Virus record (IMG/VR): IMGVR_UViG_3300037484_000565
Location: 1 to 61,374 of that record
DNA from: a virus
Taxonomy: Duplodnaviria > Caudoviricetes
DNA: 61,374 nt
Strand: one strand, 5' to 3'
Positions 30,619 to 40,644 of this stretch are shown one piece after another. Position 1 is the first letter of the stretch, and each line of letters starts with the position of its first letter. Both the position numbers and the translations under genes were made by a program. Below the pieces are notes generated by a model. That model did no database searches, had not been told where the DNA came from, and worked only from the letters and a program-made list of their open reading frames with translations.

Positions 30619-31944
30619 CTATCTCCCCACTCCGAGTGACGCGAGCGATCCGAGAGGCGGACCGCCTGCCGCCTCCGTGTATGTCCCGTAAATCATCATG
30701 GCCTTTCCTGGCAGCGGCGCGTAATCCTCTTGCAACGGTTCCGGCCATGCCCCATAGGTGCGACTCAGATCGAGGTGGTACTGTTCCCCCGTCGCATCCT
30801 CGATGCGCACGGTCAATCCGCCCGTGCCGGACGCGCCCCACACTGCCAGCGTGTAGGCCGTCGCTGCCGATAACGAGTATCCACCGTTGGCGACGAATGT
30901 GATCCAATCATAGCCAGTATTCGTGATAAGCAACTCTTCCGTATCGTCAAGTTTTGTTGCAACATTGGACGTGTAGAGCGCGCACTTGGCGTTCTTGTTC
31001 GATGTGCTCATGACCAGACGGGCCGTGATCGAATCGAGCGCTCCGCCGGGACTGCCGGTGGTTGCGCGGTCGAATCCGATGGTATCCTCGATGCTGGCGC
31101 TGCCCGTGCCGGTTCCGGTACTGATGCCGAAATTAGCATGATGCCAAAGGTCGCCCGATGGCAGCGCCGCTGCTGCAACCGCATCGAACAGTTCAATCAG
31201 ATAGAGCACGCCGGAAACGCGTGCGATCAGCTTCCGCACGCGCACGGTTGGTGTGGCCAACTGCGGAGATTCGTAGGACTGATGCTGTAGATACGCATCC
31301 CCAAGGACGAACACGCGCTCGCCAGCCAGATGCGCCTCGATGTATCCATCGATGATTCTCCCGGAGGAATCGGACGGGAGATCGCCGAGTGCATCGCGCA
31401 GAGAGAGATTCAGATTCGAGAGATCGAGTTCTGTGGCCACGCCGATCCAGTGATTGCCCCATGGACCGAGTGTCGCCAGCCTGTCGCGTGTCGCTTGCGT
31501 GAACACGTAGCGCAGCGCAAACTCGTTGTTGAAGTTGTCCAGTTCGATGCGCATGCCGTCCGCGCCGGGGAATACGCCTTCGACGCGCATGACGCTGCCA
31601 TCAACCTTGATCGTTCCTGGAACCGCAGAGGCGATGACGGACACCTGAAGATCGGACTTGCGGACCTTGACCAGCTTGGACGGCCGGAAGTCGATCGAAT
31701 GGCGACCGCCCGCGCGATCGAATTGGGTGTATCTTGCTCCGAGGTCAGAGTCGACAACGAGCCGATGAACGCCACGCTCTGCCCTCCAGCGCGTCGCGTT
31801 CACCGGCTCCCAATTAAGATCGATGGCGCCCCACTGCTGATTGTCGTCACGGTAGTTGACCGGCATCGCGCCCGCGCCCATGACGCGCGCGGGCGTGCCC
31901 GTTTGATCGTTGAGAAAACTCCTATGGCCGGTCGGGATCAGCAT
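30619..31944 (-). CDS. Hypothetical virion protein
   Basis: 441 aa beta-rich ORF coupled to the fibre gene. Confidence 0.65.
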   Translation of the reverse strand: MLIPTGHRSFLNDQTGTPARVMGAGAMPVNYRDDNQQWGAIDLNWEPVNATRWRAERGVHRLVVDSDLGARYTQFDRAGGRHSIDFRPSKLVKVRKSDLQVSVIASAVPGTIKVDGSVMRVEGVFPGADGMRIELDNFNNEFALRYVFTQATRDRLATLGPWGNHWIGVATELDLSNLNLSLRDALGDLPSDSSGRIIDGYIEAHLAGERVFVLGDAYLQHQSYESPQLATPTVRVRKLIARVSGVLYLIELFDAVAAAALPSGDLWHHANFGISTGTGTGSASIEDTIGFDRATTGSPGGALDSITARLVMSTSNKNAKCALYTSNVATKLDDTEELLITNTGYDWITFVANGGYSLSAATAYTLAVWGASGTGGLTVRIEDATGEQYHLDLSRTYGAWPEPLQEDYAPLPGKAMMIYGTYTEAAGGPPLGSLASLGVGR

Positions 31945-31946
31945 CG

Positions 31947-32456
31947 CTATTCCGAAATCTCTTCCGACTCCTCGATCGCGACCGTCTTGACATCGGCGGA
32001 AGTCGCGTTCACTGTCACGGTGAACTTGACCAGCTCGATCACCTCTGGCTCACCGTCTTTCTCCGTGTGGCCGTCGCCCTCGAATTCAGCAACCGTTATC
32101 CCGGTGGCCCCATTGCTCCTGAGGATGAACCATTGCCCAGCCTGGTCGGCGGGGAACGGCTCACCGGCGAAGTTCACATCTGTCGGCTCGAATGTCGCCA
32201 GCCCGTCGGATGTCACAACGTGTACCGGGTTATCCGCATCCCACTGGGATAACAGGCCGAACTTGTTTAGCGGCTTCATACGTTCGAGTTTTTTCCCGCC
32301 CGCGGTTAAATCGATTGCAAATTCCATCTCTTGCTCCTTTTCCGCCCTCTCGATCCCTTCGATCAAGACGACGCGTCTTGGTTGTCGTGAATTCAGTTCC
32401 CTGAGTTTCAAGAAAATGGCCGTCAGGGCCATCAGATTTAGCACCAGGATCAGCAT
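31947..32456 (-). CDS. Hypothetical protein with N-terminal hydrophobic segment
   Basis: MLILVLNLMALTAIFL; operon packing. Confidence 0.55.
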   Translation of the reverse strand: MLILVLNLMALTAIFLKLRELNSRQPRRVVLIEGIERAEKEQEMEFAIDLTAGGKKLERMKPLNKFGLLSQWDADNPVHVVTSDGLATFEPTDVNFAGEPFPADQAGQWFILRSNGATGITVAEFEGDGHTEKDGEPEVIELVKFTVTVNATSADVKTVAIEESEEISE

Positions 32457-32651
32457 TGCCGCACGCTCACTACCTTGGGAGCGGTCGGCGCGACAATCAG
32501 TGGCCTATCACGATCCAGCATATAGCACATCCCCTTCAATGCGAGACGCTCAACTTCAATGCGATCATGCGAAAGACGCGTTGCAATGGCTTCACCACTC
32601 GTGTAAACCTCGTCGTATAATCTCTGTGGGTCCCGCACGATGCATGTCCTC

Positions 32652-32876
32652 TCAGTAGTAGATCACCGTGTCGGCCACAAACAACAGAGTGTCCGCGCCG
32701 TTCACGACCAGGACGCGGTGAATCTTCGCCGAATCCGCCGCCATCGGGAACCACGGTAGACACTGCCGTTCACAATCCGATTGGAAGTAAGTCACGGTCC
32801 ACTCGTGATGCGTGCTCGCTGCGAACGCCGATGCCGTGAGCACCAGAAGTGCGGCGATTGCAAATACTCGTCTCAT
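32652..32876 (-). CDS. Small secreted protein
   Basis: Signal-peptide-like MRRVFAIAALLVLTASAFA. Confidence 0.6.
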   Translation of the reverse strand: MRRVFAIAALLVLTASAFAASTHHEWTVTYFQSDCERQCLPWFPMAADSAKIHRVLVVNGADTLLFVADTVIYY

Positions 32877-33436
32877 GATTGCCCTTTCTCGTATACCACT
32901 CGCCAGTCGCGAAACTTGGCGAGAAAGTAGGCCGGGTCGATCTCGTTTGTTGGCCGGTCAAACATCGCGCCGCCTGCTTCCAGGACTTGCGCCGCCGCCG
33001 TTGAACACACCCTGTACTTGTTCATCCTATCCCCGAAGATTCTGAATTGAGGAATCCCTGCGACGGCAGCAATACCCATGTCCAAAAGGTCGCCCCAGTC
33101 GTATGGAGCCCCGATCATCGGGTCAGCGGCGATCAACATCGAGTCGATCGCGAGATTGCCATCGGCCCAGCGCACGACCTTGCATCGTTTCTTGTCGATC
33201 TCGGTCTCCTCAAAGAGCGTGTACTTCGCCTTCGGCCAGGTCGCCTCAAAGAACACGTTGCCCAGCCACAGCCGCGCGTGCGTAGGGTCGCAGTCGACCG
33301 AGTCGCCCCACTTCTTCCGCTGGTACGCCCGGATCGCACGGTACACGACCCAGAGCACCCAGCGGCGTGGGGGCCAGAGGCCCGCAGACCCGTAGGTCAG
33401 GAGCACGTCACCGGGAATCAGGTCGTGTGGTGTCAT
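32873..33436 (-). CDS. Permuted papain-like (YiiX/YebB NlpC/P60) amidase
   Basis: PGDVLL, THA, GAPYD, VCS (His before Cys). Confidence 0.7.
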   Translation of the reverse strand: MTPHDLIPGDVLLTYGSAGLWPPRRWVLWVVYRAIRAYQRKKWGDSVDCDPTHARLWLGNVFFEATWPKAKYTLFEETEIDKKRCKVVRWADGNLAIDSMLIAADPMIGAPYDWGDLLDMGIAAVAGIPQFRIFGDRMNKYRVCSTAAAQVLEAGGAMFDRPTNEIDPAYFLAKFRDWRVVYEKGQS

Positions 33437-33660
33437 GGCGCAATCATCCTCGCAATCAGAGTGACGATGCCGCCACCTACCAATGCCGCGATCCCCGTAA
33501 TCGCCGTAACCTTGACCCGCATCGTCGCAATCTCAACCGTCAATGCGGTTATAGCGTTGCGCAACTCCAAGATTTCCGCACGGTGTTCCTTCAGTTCGAT
33601 CAGTACATGCCGGGACCACTCGTTCCAACCATTGGCGAGATGATTTTCACTTCCGGGCAT
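33433..33660 (-). CDS. Holin-like/XhlA-like small membrane protein
   Basis: Coiled segment followed by a C-terminal transmembrane helix. Confidence 0.5.
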   Translation of the reverse strand: MPGSENHLANGWNEWSRHVLIELKEHRAEILELRNAITALTVEIATMRVKVTAITGIAALVGGGIVTLIARMIAP

Positions 33661-34048
33661 CCGGGTATCCTTTGTCTACGGGGATGGTAATGGCGATCCC
33701 CTCGGTGTCTTCCAATGCCTCGATGACATGAGGTACATTTATGTCGATGAGTACGTGACTGACAACTACCGCCTCGATGACCGAGGGCTTATCTACCCCC
33801 AGCGTTACTCTCAGCTGTCCCCGATAAACAATTAACCACTCGCGGACGTCGTGCCTGTGCGATGGAAATACGGACCCCCTGGGCATGTAGAACACTTGAA
33901 CGCCAATTCCGGTTTCGCGGTAAAGTCCGATCCCAAGGCAACTCCCCTTTTCAACGGCATAGGACACGTTCACCGTCCCCGTCGGCACGACAGGCAGGTG
34001 CGGCGTAAGAGCCTCCAGCCGCTTGATTCCGCTGTCGTCTTCAATCAT
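33647..34048 (-). CDS. Cupin-domain protein
   Basis: FPSHRHDVREWLIVYRG...NVPH. Confidence 0.75.
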   Translation of the reverse strand: MIEDDSGIKRLEALTPHLPVVPTGTVNVSYAVEKGSCLGIGLYRETGIGVQVFYMPRGSVFPSHRHDVREWLIVYRGQLRVTLGVDKPSVIEAVVVSHVLIDINVPHVIEALEDTEGIAITIPVDKGYPDARK

Positions 34049-34082
34049 GGACGTGTGTTTCTCCCGTTGCCATTGCCACCCC

Positions 34083-35516
34083 TCAACTATCCGCGTTCAC
34101 GTCGTCTATGTCAGTAGGGACGTCGCCGTCGGCCTCTTCGTCCTGGGTCGCGATCATCTCCTCGATCTGATCGAGTTGGTCTCGGTTGTATCCCATGACA
34201 TCCGTGAGATAGAACTGCCGCGGAACAAGCGTCTCAGCTCCGGAGCCGACGTAGGTTGACATCGCCTCGCTTTTGGTCTTCGCGACGTCGGCTTTCTCTT
34301 TTTCGCTCTGCTTAAGCAGCGGTGCCCACTCGCACGTATAGGCGCCGTCCTTCGGCGCCGGGAGTACGCCATGCTCGATCAGTCGATCGACAAAGGGACG
34401 GACGATTTTCGGCTCACAGTGCCCCTCGCGCCGTTCGTCGACCCGCGCGTACCAGTTCACCTCGTCCTGGCCGGATGCGAGCTCTCCCATCTCCGAGCCG
34501 AGCAGGATGCGTTTGGGAATGCGAGTGACGGCGGAGATCAGGGTGATATACAGGTCGGCTTGGTTTTTCGGATCGCCGATCTGCTGCGCGATATTCTCGA
34601 TACTCAATCCCTGCAGGCGCATGTACCGCTTCAGGCCGTGCACGTACTCCTCGATTTCGGCTTCGAGCTTCGGCTCGTCCTGGATGCCCAGGGTTGCCCC
34701 GTCATCCAATTTCAGCCCGAATCCGGGGAACGCTCCCCGCCAGAACATTTCAGCCGATCCGCCCGCCACCAGGTCCAAGTCCTGCAGACGATTCAGTACC
34801 GCCTCAAGACGCGGTAATCCGAGGATGTCATCATCCAGGTTATCCTCTGAAACGTGAATCACGCGCGACCAGTGCACTTGCAGAGTGCGAGACGATTGCG
34901 ATCCCTGCGCGGTCCGCATGTTGATCGAGTACTTCTCCGGCAGTGAATATCGAGGGTCTTTCACGTCGCTGACGTACGTCGCGATGCTGGCGTTCGCCTG
35001 GCTGTAAGGCATCACATACAGGACCTCCGTAGCGCGCTTAACCGGCTGCCAGAGCTGCGCCCCATCGTCGAATCCGATTAGGAGGACGGCGTACTCGCCG
35101 ATCGACGCGAGCCGATCGACACGGCTGAAGTAATCCCACACGCGTAGTTTGGTCGCGACCTCCGCCCACTGCTTCTCGAATGCGGTCTCTTCCTCTTCGC
35201 TTTCGGTGAGCGCTGGTGGCTTCCGCCAGCAGGCGCGCACAGGGACGTCGACAGCGGCCTTGGCAATGTCCTGCCGCCGATAATGCGCCATGAAATCCGA
35301 GAAGAGCGGGAGCTTCTTGTATCCCAACGCATCGTAGATGTCACGATCACCGCCGAAGGATTTGCCCAGATACGAAGCCACGCCGGCGCGAGTGCCGAGC
35401 ATCGACATCGCGGTGAACATCTGACGCGCTTGCAGGACCGATAATTGGTCGCCGTTACTCGGCGCCGCGGCTGCGGGTCGGATTCGATTCTTTGGCGTTT
35501 GTATCGTCTTTGCCAT
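34083..35516 (-). CDS. Portal protein (DUF1073-like)
   Basis: Follows terL; VHWSRVIH, GGSAEMFWRGA, IPKRILLGSE.GELAS. Confidence 0.85.
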   Translation of the reverse strand: MAKTIQTPKNRIRPAAAAPSNGDQLSVLQARQMFTAMSMLGTRAGVASYLGKSFGGDRDIYDALGYKKLPLFSDFMAHYRRQDIAKAAVDVPVRACWRKPPALTESEEEETAFEKQWAEVATKLRVWDYFSRVDRLASIGEYAVLLIGFDDGAQLWQPVKRATEVLYVMPYSQANASIATYVSDVKDPRYSLPEKYSINMRTAQGSQSSRTLQVHWSRVIHVSEDNLDDDILGLPRLEAVLNRLQDLDLVAGGSAEMFWRGAFPGFGLKLDDGATLGIQDEPKLEAEIEEYVHGLKRYMRLQGLSIENIAQQIGDPKNQADLYITLISAVTRIPKRILLGSEMGELASGQDEVNWYARVDERREGHCEPKIVRPFVDRLIEHGVLPAPKDGAYTCEWAPLLKQSEKEKADVAKTKSEAMSTYVGSGAETLVPRQFYLTDVMGYNRDQLDQIEEMIATQDEEADGDVPTDIDDVNADS

Positions 35517-35518
35517 AG

Positions 35519-36934
35519 CTATGCCGCCGCTCCCCACACGCCCGCCCGCTTCAACGCGGTCAGGCAATGGAAACCACCACTCAGCGAGTCCGTCTGGTCG
35601 GAAACGCATTGATCGCTGCCGTCGAAATTCTCCAACTCGCGCAGCAAGTCTTCGTTCCAGGGACCCCGGAGAACCTTGACGTTGCCCGCCTCGCACTGAG
35701 CCGAGAGCGGTTTCGCGCGCATGCCCTTGGATTCGCGCACGGTATTCACGCCGGCATCGTAGCCCGCGAGATTGCGCACATGCACCGCAGCCTCGGCTTT
35801 GCCTGCCTGGCCGGGATCCTGCTCGAATCGAGCGCGGACTCTGTGGCCATCCTGCGATGCGACGTTCTTGATCCGCGATTCAACCTCGAGCGGAGAACCG
35901 TGGAAGCGAACGATGTCGAGGATGTAATACAGGCCCCTGGCTGACTTGCCGACCTTCGCGCCGGACGTGAACGAGGCCTTGCCGCGCTTCTCGGCGGTCT
36001 TCGCATCCGTCGCCGCGCGATCCCAGTAACGCACGACGTCGATCAATTCGGGCACCGCGTCGACGATCTCGAACCATGACCGCTGGAAGTACATGCCCGC
36101 GGTGTAGCGAATGTTCCAGTTCCCCTTGCGTAGGCGCTCGCGATCGACACGCGGGAGCGCATCGAGGTTCGCTCGATATTGCGGATCCTTGCGCATGAGC
36201 GCGGGATTGTCCTCGAGACGGCCCGGGATGAACGTGAAGGACTTCGGGAGACACTCTTCGCCGAACTGCGCTACGAGCTCCTCGGGAGAACCAGCCCAGG
36301 TCGTCGAATCGTTGCGTGTGTAGAACCACCGGATTATCCCAGAGCGTTCCTCGATCGGATATCCACTCGCATCGTCGATCCACCAGGACATGAACGATCG
36401 CAGCCAATGATCGGGATCCGGATTGCAGGTCGCGCGGACGTAGGGCACAACGCCGCACGTTGTGCGATTGCGGGAGAGCATGTACCAGAACTGCCGCCAG
36501 GTGAATGACTCGAGCTGGTCAAAACCGATCAGCGGAATCTGAGAGCCATCCCAATTCAGATAATCGTGCTCGCCCTCCATGTGCGCGAAACGGATCCGGG
36601 ATCCAGAGGGGAACTTCCACTCGAGCGTTGATTCCTTGGGGATGGCGCCGCAGGGGCGGTAGAGTCCGAACGAGGTATCCCACAGCCCGCCCTCCTGGCG
36701 GATCTGCGGTGAAGTCCTGCGGAAGATGACGGTGCCGAATCCGGGATTGTCGACATGCCGCAAGGCCTCCATGAGCAACCCGAAGCTCTTGCCGGCGCCG
36801 GCCGCGCCGCCGTACACCGCGATATCCGCCGAGGTATGCAGGAATTGCTCCTGTGGCCCCGCCTGCGGCCGCACGTCGATCAAGTCGACTGTCGGTCTCA
36901 TCGGTGGCGGTGCTGTGGCGATCATCGGGATCAT
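35519..36934 (-). CDS. terL: Terminase large subunit
   Basis: Walker A YGGAAGAGKS, IGFDQL, ATCNPD; nuclease RYWDRAAT, EQDPGQAGK, DQTDSLSG. Confidence 0.95.
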   Translation of the reverse strand: MIPMIATAPPPMRPTVDLIDVRPQAGPQEQFLHTSADIAVYGGAAGAGKSFGLLMEALRHVDNPGFGTVIFRRTSPQIRQEGGLWDTSFGLYRPCGAIPKESTLEWKFPSGSRIRFAHMEGEHDYLNWDGSQIPLIGFDQLESFTWRQFWYMLSRNRTTCGVVPYVRATCNPDPDHWLRSFMSWWIDDASGYPIEERSGIIRWFYTRNDSTTWAGSPEELVAQFGEECLPKSFTFIPGRLEDNPALMRKDPQYRANLDALPRVDRERLRKGNWNIRYTAGMYFQRSWFEIVDAVPELIDVVRYWDRAATDAKTAEKRGKASFTSGAKVGKSARGLYYILDIVRFHGSPLEVESRIKNVASQDGHRVRARFEQDPGQAGKAEAAVHVRNLAGYDAGVNTVRESKGMRAKPLSAQCEAGNVKVLRGPWNEDLLRELENFDGSDQCVSDQTDSLSGGFHCLTALKRAGVWGAAA

Positions 36935-36956
36935 CGTGTTTTCGGTTTGTCCCTTT

Positions 36957-37061
36957 CGCGAAAAGGGTCTCCGCCAACTCTTCCTGCTGGGTAGCAGAAG
37001 AGGGCGAAGACCCCAGACTTTCGCGATGCTCACACCGGTAGCGAACCGGCGGCTTGTCAGG
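36957..37061 (-). ncRNA. Conserved structured RNA element, copy C (upstream of terL)
   Basis: CUGACAAGCCGCCGG..CCGGUGUGAGC then GCGAAAGUCUGGGGUCU...AGACCCUUUUCGC. Confidence 0.7.
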
Positions 37062-37072
37062 CCATGGTTAGG

Positions 37073-37312
37073 TCATAAAACTATCGCTCCGCGTTTTAGC
37101 GAATACGTCGGCCACTGCCACCATTCGGACGTTTGCCAAGCGGTCTCGAAATCTGCTGTCAATCCTGTTTGCATGGTTGGCATCAGCACGCATCGTAAGT
37201 TTGGCACAAGGGACATGAGGAGTTCGTCGGTTGCGAGTTTGGTTCTTCGACGTAAATCTCTTAGGTGCGCGTCGATCTCGGTCCAGGGATCGCGGTCGTC
37301 AGGGTTTTTCAT
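37073..37312 (-). CDS. Hypothetical protein
   Basis: ATGA-coupled to terS. Confidence 0.5.
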   Translation of the reverse strand: MKNPDDRDPWTEIDAHLRDLRRRTKLATDELLMSLVPNLRCVLMPTMQTGLTADFETAWQTSEWWQWPTYSLKRGAIVL

Positions 37313-37812
37313 GGCGTCCTTGCCTCCACTGGCGCCGCCGGAATATCCTCTTGCGGCTTGCGACCGTTGTCGGGAAGATAGATTCGCACTTCCGCCCTGG
37401 ACGCGATGGGGCCCCCGCCTGGACCCGACAACTCGTGCGCGTACCGATCGCGGTACTTGTCCGGGAAGGCACCCTTGAGCAGGAAGATGCGCGAGGTCCA
37501 GGAGATTTTCCTGACCACGACCGGCTGCCCCTCTTTGTCGAGCACGAGCTCGCCCTTGACATACAGCGGCTCGGGCGTGCCTAGGAGGGCATCGTCAAGA
37601 GACACATCTTCGAGGATGTGGGCGCCGATGAGCTTCGCCTCATCGAGCTGCGCCGCAAAGGATTCGCTGGCGTGTTTGTGGGCGTAGACAGAGGCGTGCG
37701 TCACGTTGAGATTGCGGCAAACCTCACGAATATTCCCGCCGCAGTCCATCAGGCGCTGCAGAAACTTGATCTCGAAATCCTCGGTCCATCGTACGCAGGT
37801 TCCGTTGGCCAT
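37309..37812 (-). CDS. terS: Terminase small subunit
   Basis: FLQRL..GGNIREVC HTH, FLLKGAFPDKYRDR, ELSGPGGGPI, VRIYLPDNGR; upstream of terL. Confidence 0.85.
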   Translation of the reverse strand: MANGTCVRWTEDFEIKFLQRLMDCGGNIREVCRNLNVTHASVYAHKHASESFAAQLDEAKLIGAHILEDVSLDDALLGTPEPLYVKGELVLDKEGQPVVVRKISWTSRIFLLKGAFPDKYRDRYAHELSGPGGGPIASRAEVRIYLPDNGRKPQEDIPAAPVEARTP

Positions 37813-38635
37813 AATCTGCCTCCGCCGGATGTGTGTACTAATCAATCGAGTTCGTCAATCTCTTTCGGAGACTTTTTTACGAAAGTGAATCCTCGAAGGC
37901 CTTGATGGTCGGATTCTCGCGGCGTTCGTGAGCCATGATATTGCGGATTCTAGCGACGGATATCGAGTAACCCATGGCGAAGAGTAGGTCTGATAGCAAA
38001 CCGGTCCCGCCGCCATGATACCTCTTGTGCGGTATGGACTTAGTCAAGGCGACGGCGGCCATGGCGATCAGCTCGTCACGCTTGGAAATGTCTTCGGTCA
38101 GAGTGCCCCCAACTGACTGATCACGAAAAGAAACTCACTTTCCCAGACGCGTTGATTTCCGCACCGCATCCGATGCAAAATGGCCGCCCCTCCCCCTCCC
38201 AGTTGAATAGCAAATAGCCTCCGCACCGTGGGCAAGGACATCCGACTGTCATGTTCGGTTCTCGATAGGGGCGGTGTACGGCTGTTGTAGACAGCGAGAA
38301 GTATGCCCTGGGCAGTGCCTGCATACTTCGACAATGGCGAAGGAGTTCGGTTACGCATGGCACACAGAAGTGACCATCGAGGGCTTTGAATGGGAGCAGC
38401 TTTATGCTGGGTGCCATGGCGACGAAGAAGCCGCGGCTGTAGGAGTGCATCCTCTCTCCACACGCGAGCTCCTGGCTGTCGTAGCCGCGATCCCGATCAA
38501 CAAGTGCATGGATAGTACCATACTCGACGGGTCCATTCTCGTGGCGATAGTATGAAACCCACAGCCACACCACGCGCTCCGATTGGATTGTTTTTGGCAT
38601 CGCCAGGGATATTCCGATTCGAACATGCTTAGGGA

Positions 38636-39007
38636 TTACAGTCCCAACTCCGGTTGATTCTCGTCGCACTGAAACGCCCGGCAGATGCCGCGCACCGCTG
38701 AGTGCAGCGCGTTCGCGCGGCTCCGCAGTTGCGCCAGCGTGTGCTGGGCCTCCGACCAACTCTCGATCCAGAAGTAACCCCGGCTGTCGCTGCCGATTCT
38801 CGAAAACAACGGGTCACCCTTTGCTCGCAGCCAGTGCACCAGCAGCCGAATCTGCAGATCGCTCATTGCGAATTCCTGCCGGATGACCGCCGCGGGCGCC
38901 GGTTCGTCTTGCGAGGTGTGCGCCTTGAGCCACGTGACGAACTCGTACGCGATGGCCGTCAGCTCCGGCGCGAGGTCGGGGGCAACCCTGGTCGACACAT
39001 CAGGCAT
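38636..39007 (-). CDS. Winged-helix DNA-binding protein
   Basis: IRLLVHWLR..IGSDSRGYFW. Confidence 0.65.
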   Translation of the reverse strand: MPDVSTRVAPDLAPELTAIAYEFVTWLKAHTSQDEPAPAAVIRQEFAMSDLQIRLLVHWLRAKGDPLFSRIGSDSRGYFWIESWSEAQHTLAQLRSRANALHSAVRGICRAFQCDENQPELGL

Positions 39008-39013
39008 GCAAAT

Positions 39014-39301
39014 TTAGGCCCTTGTTATCTCGTGCAAGAGTTGCACGTATCGCGCGTACGCCTTGGGTCGCTCTTTGCGAATCTCTTCCATCAGGAGCAA
39101 GATCGAGCGGGCCGCGCACTCATCGCAGCATACTCCGAGCACGACCTCGGCGGACTTGATCCCGCTCCCGCGATCGAATGACATCACGGACAAAAGAGAT
39201 TCACACTGATAGGCATACGTGTCTTTTTCGCCACGCTGTTGAATCGCGACCTTGAAATTGTCGTTTGTACCAACGGATTTGGTCATCATGATGATCGTCA
39301 T
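39014..39301 (-). CDS. Hypothetical protein
   Basis: ATGA-coupled ORF. Confidence 0.5.
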   Translation of the reverse strand: MTIIMMTKSVGTNDNFKVAIQQRGEKDTYAYQCESLLSVMSFDRGSGIKSAEVVLGVCCDECAARSILLLMEEIRKERPKAYARYVQLLHEITRA

Positions 39302-40167
39302 ACTGTCACCGCCTCCAATGTCCCCGGAAGAGGTGGAATCTGGATCTCAAATGGTTCCATCGGCTGCCTTCGCTTCGATCCGTCTTTTCTTCCGATTAGG
39401 CGGAAGAACAATGTCTGCCGATTGGTCGGATTCATGGCTAAGATCGGCACCGAGCCACATGATAGCGCAAGGTCGTAAAGAGCATTCCATTCTCGCACAC
39501 CGATCTGTCCGCCCCGCTTGCATTGAACCATAAGAACCTCGCCACTCCTTATGGCAACCAGGTCTGTCGGTGATGCTGATCGCGGTGATCGCAACACAAA
39601 ATACCCGAGATGTCGCAATCCATCCCGAACCCGGTACTCGAATGCCCTTCCGTATCTGTACATAGTCTGCTTCGGCACTTTTGCCTCGATAACGTGCTCC
39701 CATTCATCGGGGAAGAATTCCCTCATCGTCCTCGAGAAACCGAGATCGTCATATTTCATCTTCGCGCAAAACTGTCCAAGCCCGAGGCTTGATTTCTTGA
39801 ACTTCTCAAATATTCCACGCGCGACATCCTCGGTTATGTACTTCCAAACACCCATATAAGGCCGAATGTGATTGTAATTCGTAAGACCAAGTCGTTTTGC
39901 CTGGCGGCAAATGAATTGCTTGGTACGGCCCATGTCCGTAGCCAGGAGATCGAGTTTCCCCGCATCCCGATGGATCAGATAATCCCTTTGGAGGCGATCA
40001 CTCTCGTCCTCAGTCCATTTCGAATGACTGAGCATAACCCCGAGCTTTACTAATCGCTCATGGACGCTGCTGTGATTAAGGCCAACCTCCTTGCCGACAG
40101 CGTAGACGCTCTTATGACGATCATATGATTCCACGATCACTTCGTCTTTAACTCGGCCTTGTGCCAT
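39298..40167 (-). CDS. HTH protein with C-terminal Hjc-like PD-(D/E)XK nuclease/resolvase
   Basis: GRAFEYRVRDGL..GYFVLRS..S..PTDLVAI..VQCK. Confidence 0.75.
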   Translation of the reverse strand: MAQGRVKDEVIVESYDRHKSVYAVGKEVGLNHSSVHERLVKLGVMLSHSKWTEDESDRLQRDYLIHRDAGKLDLLATDMGRTKQFICRQAKRLGLTNYNHIRPYMGVWKYITEDVARGIFEKFKKSSLGLGQFCAKMKYDDLGFSRTMREFFPDEWEHVIEAKVPKQTMYRYGRAFEYRVRDGLRHLGYFVLRSPRSASPTDLVAIRSGEVLMVQCKRGGQIGVREWNALYDLALSCGSVPILAMNPTNRQTLFFRLIGRKDGSKRRQPMEPFEIQIPPLPGTLEAVTV

Positions 40168-40215
40168 TGCGAGGCTCCTTTTCTTCTGCTCGGCGCAATC
40201 AAGTCCGGACGCACC

Positions 40216-40644
40216 TCACGACGCGGCAACCTCGAAGGCGCCCTCCGCGTTCTGCGTCAGCTTGCCCTTGGACTTGAGATGATACAGCATCGCGCGGACC
40301 GCCGTGTCCTCGACTTTGCCGGCGAGTGCGGCCACAACGGCGCCGGATGTCTTCGGTCCGGAGGCCAACGCCTTCATCACGAGCTCGCGCGTCAGTCCGG
40401 TTTTCGATTTGCGGCGGACATTGCGCCCAACGGGCACCGGTGCCGTGACGGTGACGCGCGCCTTGCCCGTTATGAGATTTCCCCGAGCGGGCTTCATCTT
40501 CGCCGGCTTCTTGGTCGATTCGGTCGCCGGTACCGGGGAGTGCGGTCTCGTCGATCCAAGCGATTCTATGGCCTCGATCGCCGCATCGATCTTCTCCTTC
40601 TGCGCGCGCAGATCCGCGATCACAGAGTCAAATAGTCCCGTCAT
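40216..40644 (-). CDS. Coiled-coil plus winged-helix protein
   Basis: IADLRAQKEKIDAAI; VRAMLYHLKSKGKL. Confidence 0.6.
   Translation of the reverse strand: MTGLFDSVIADLRAQKEKIDAAIEAIESLGSTRPHSPVPATESTKKPAKMKPARGNLITGKARVTVTAPVPVGRNVRRKSKTGLTRELVMKALASGPKTSGAVVAALAGKVEDTAVRAMLYHLKSKGKLTQNAEGAFEVAAS

Noticed and set aside
34083-35516. Anti-CBASS (Acb1) label sometimes attached to DUF1073 proteins
   Set aside because: Size and position after terL indicate portal; no separate phosphodiesterase domain seen
15640-37061. RNA elements as hammerhead ribozymes or c-di-GMP-II riboswitches (contain CUGA, GAAA and a pseudoknot)
   Set aside because: No CUGANGA/GAAA/UH core in the right topology; pseudoknot partner is on the 5' side and no kink-turn consensus
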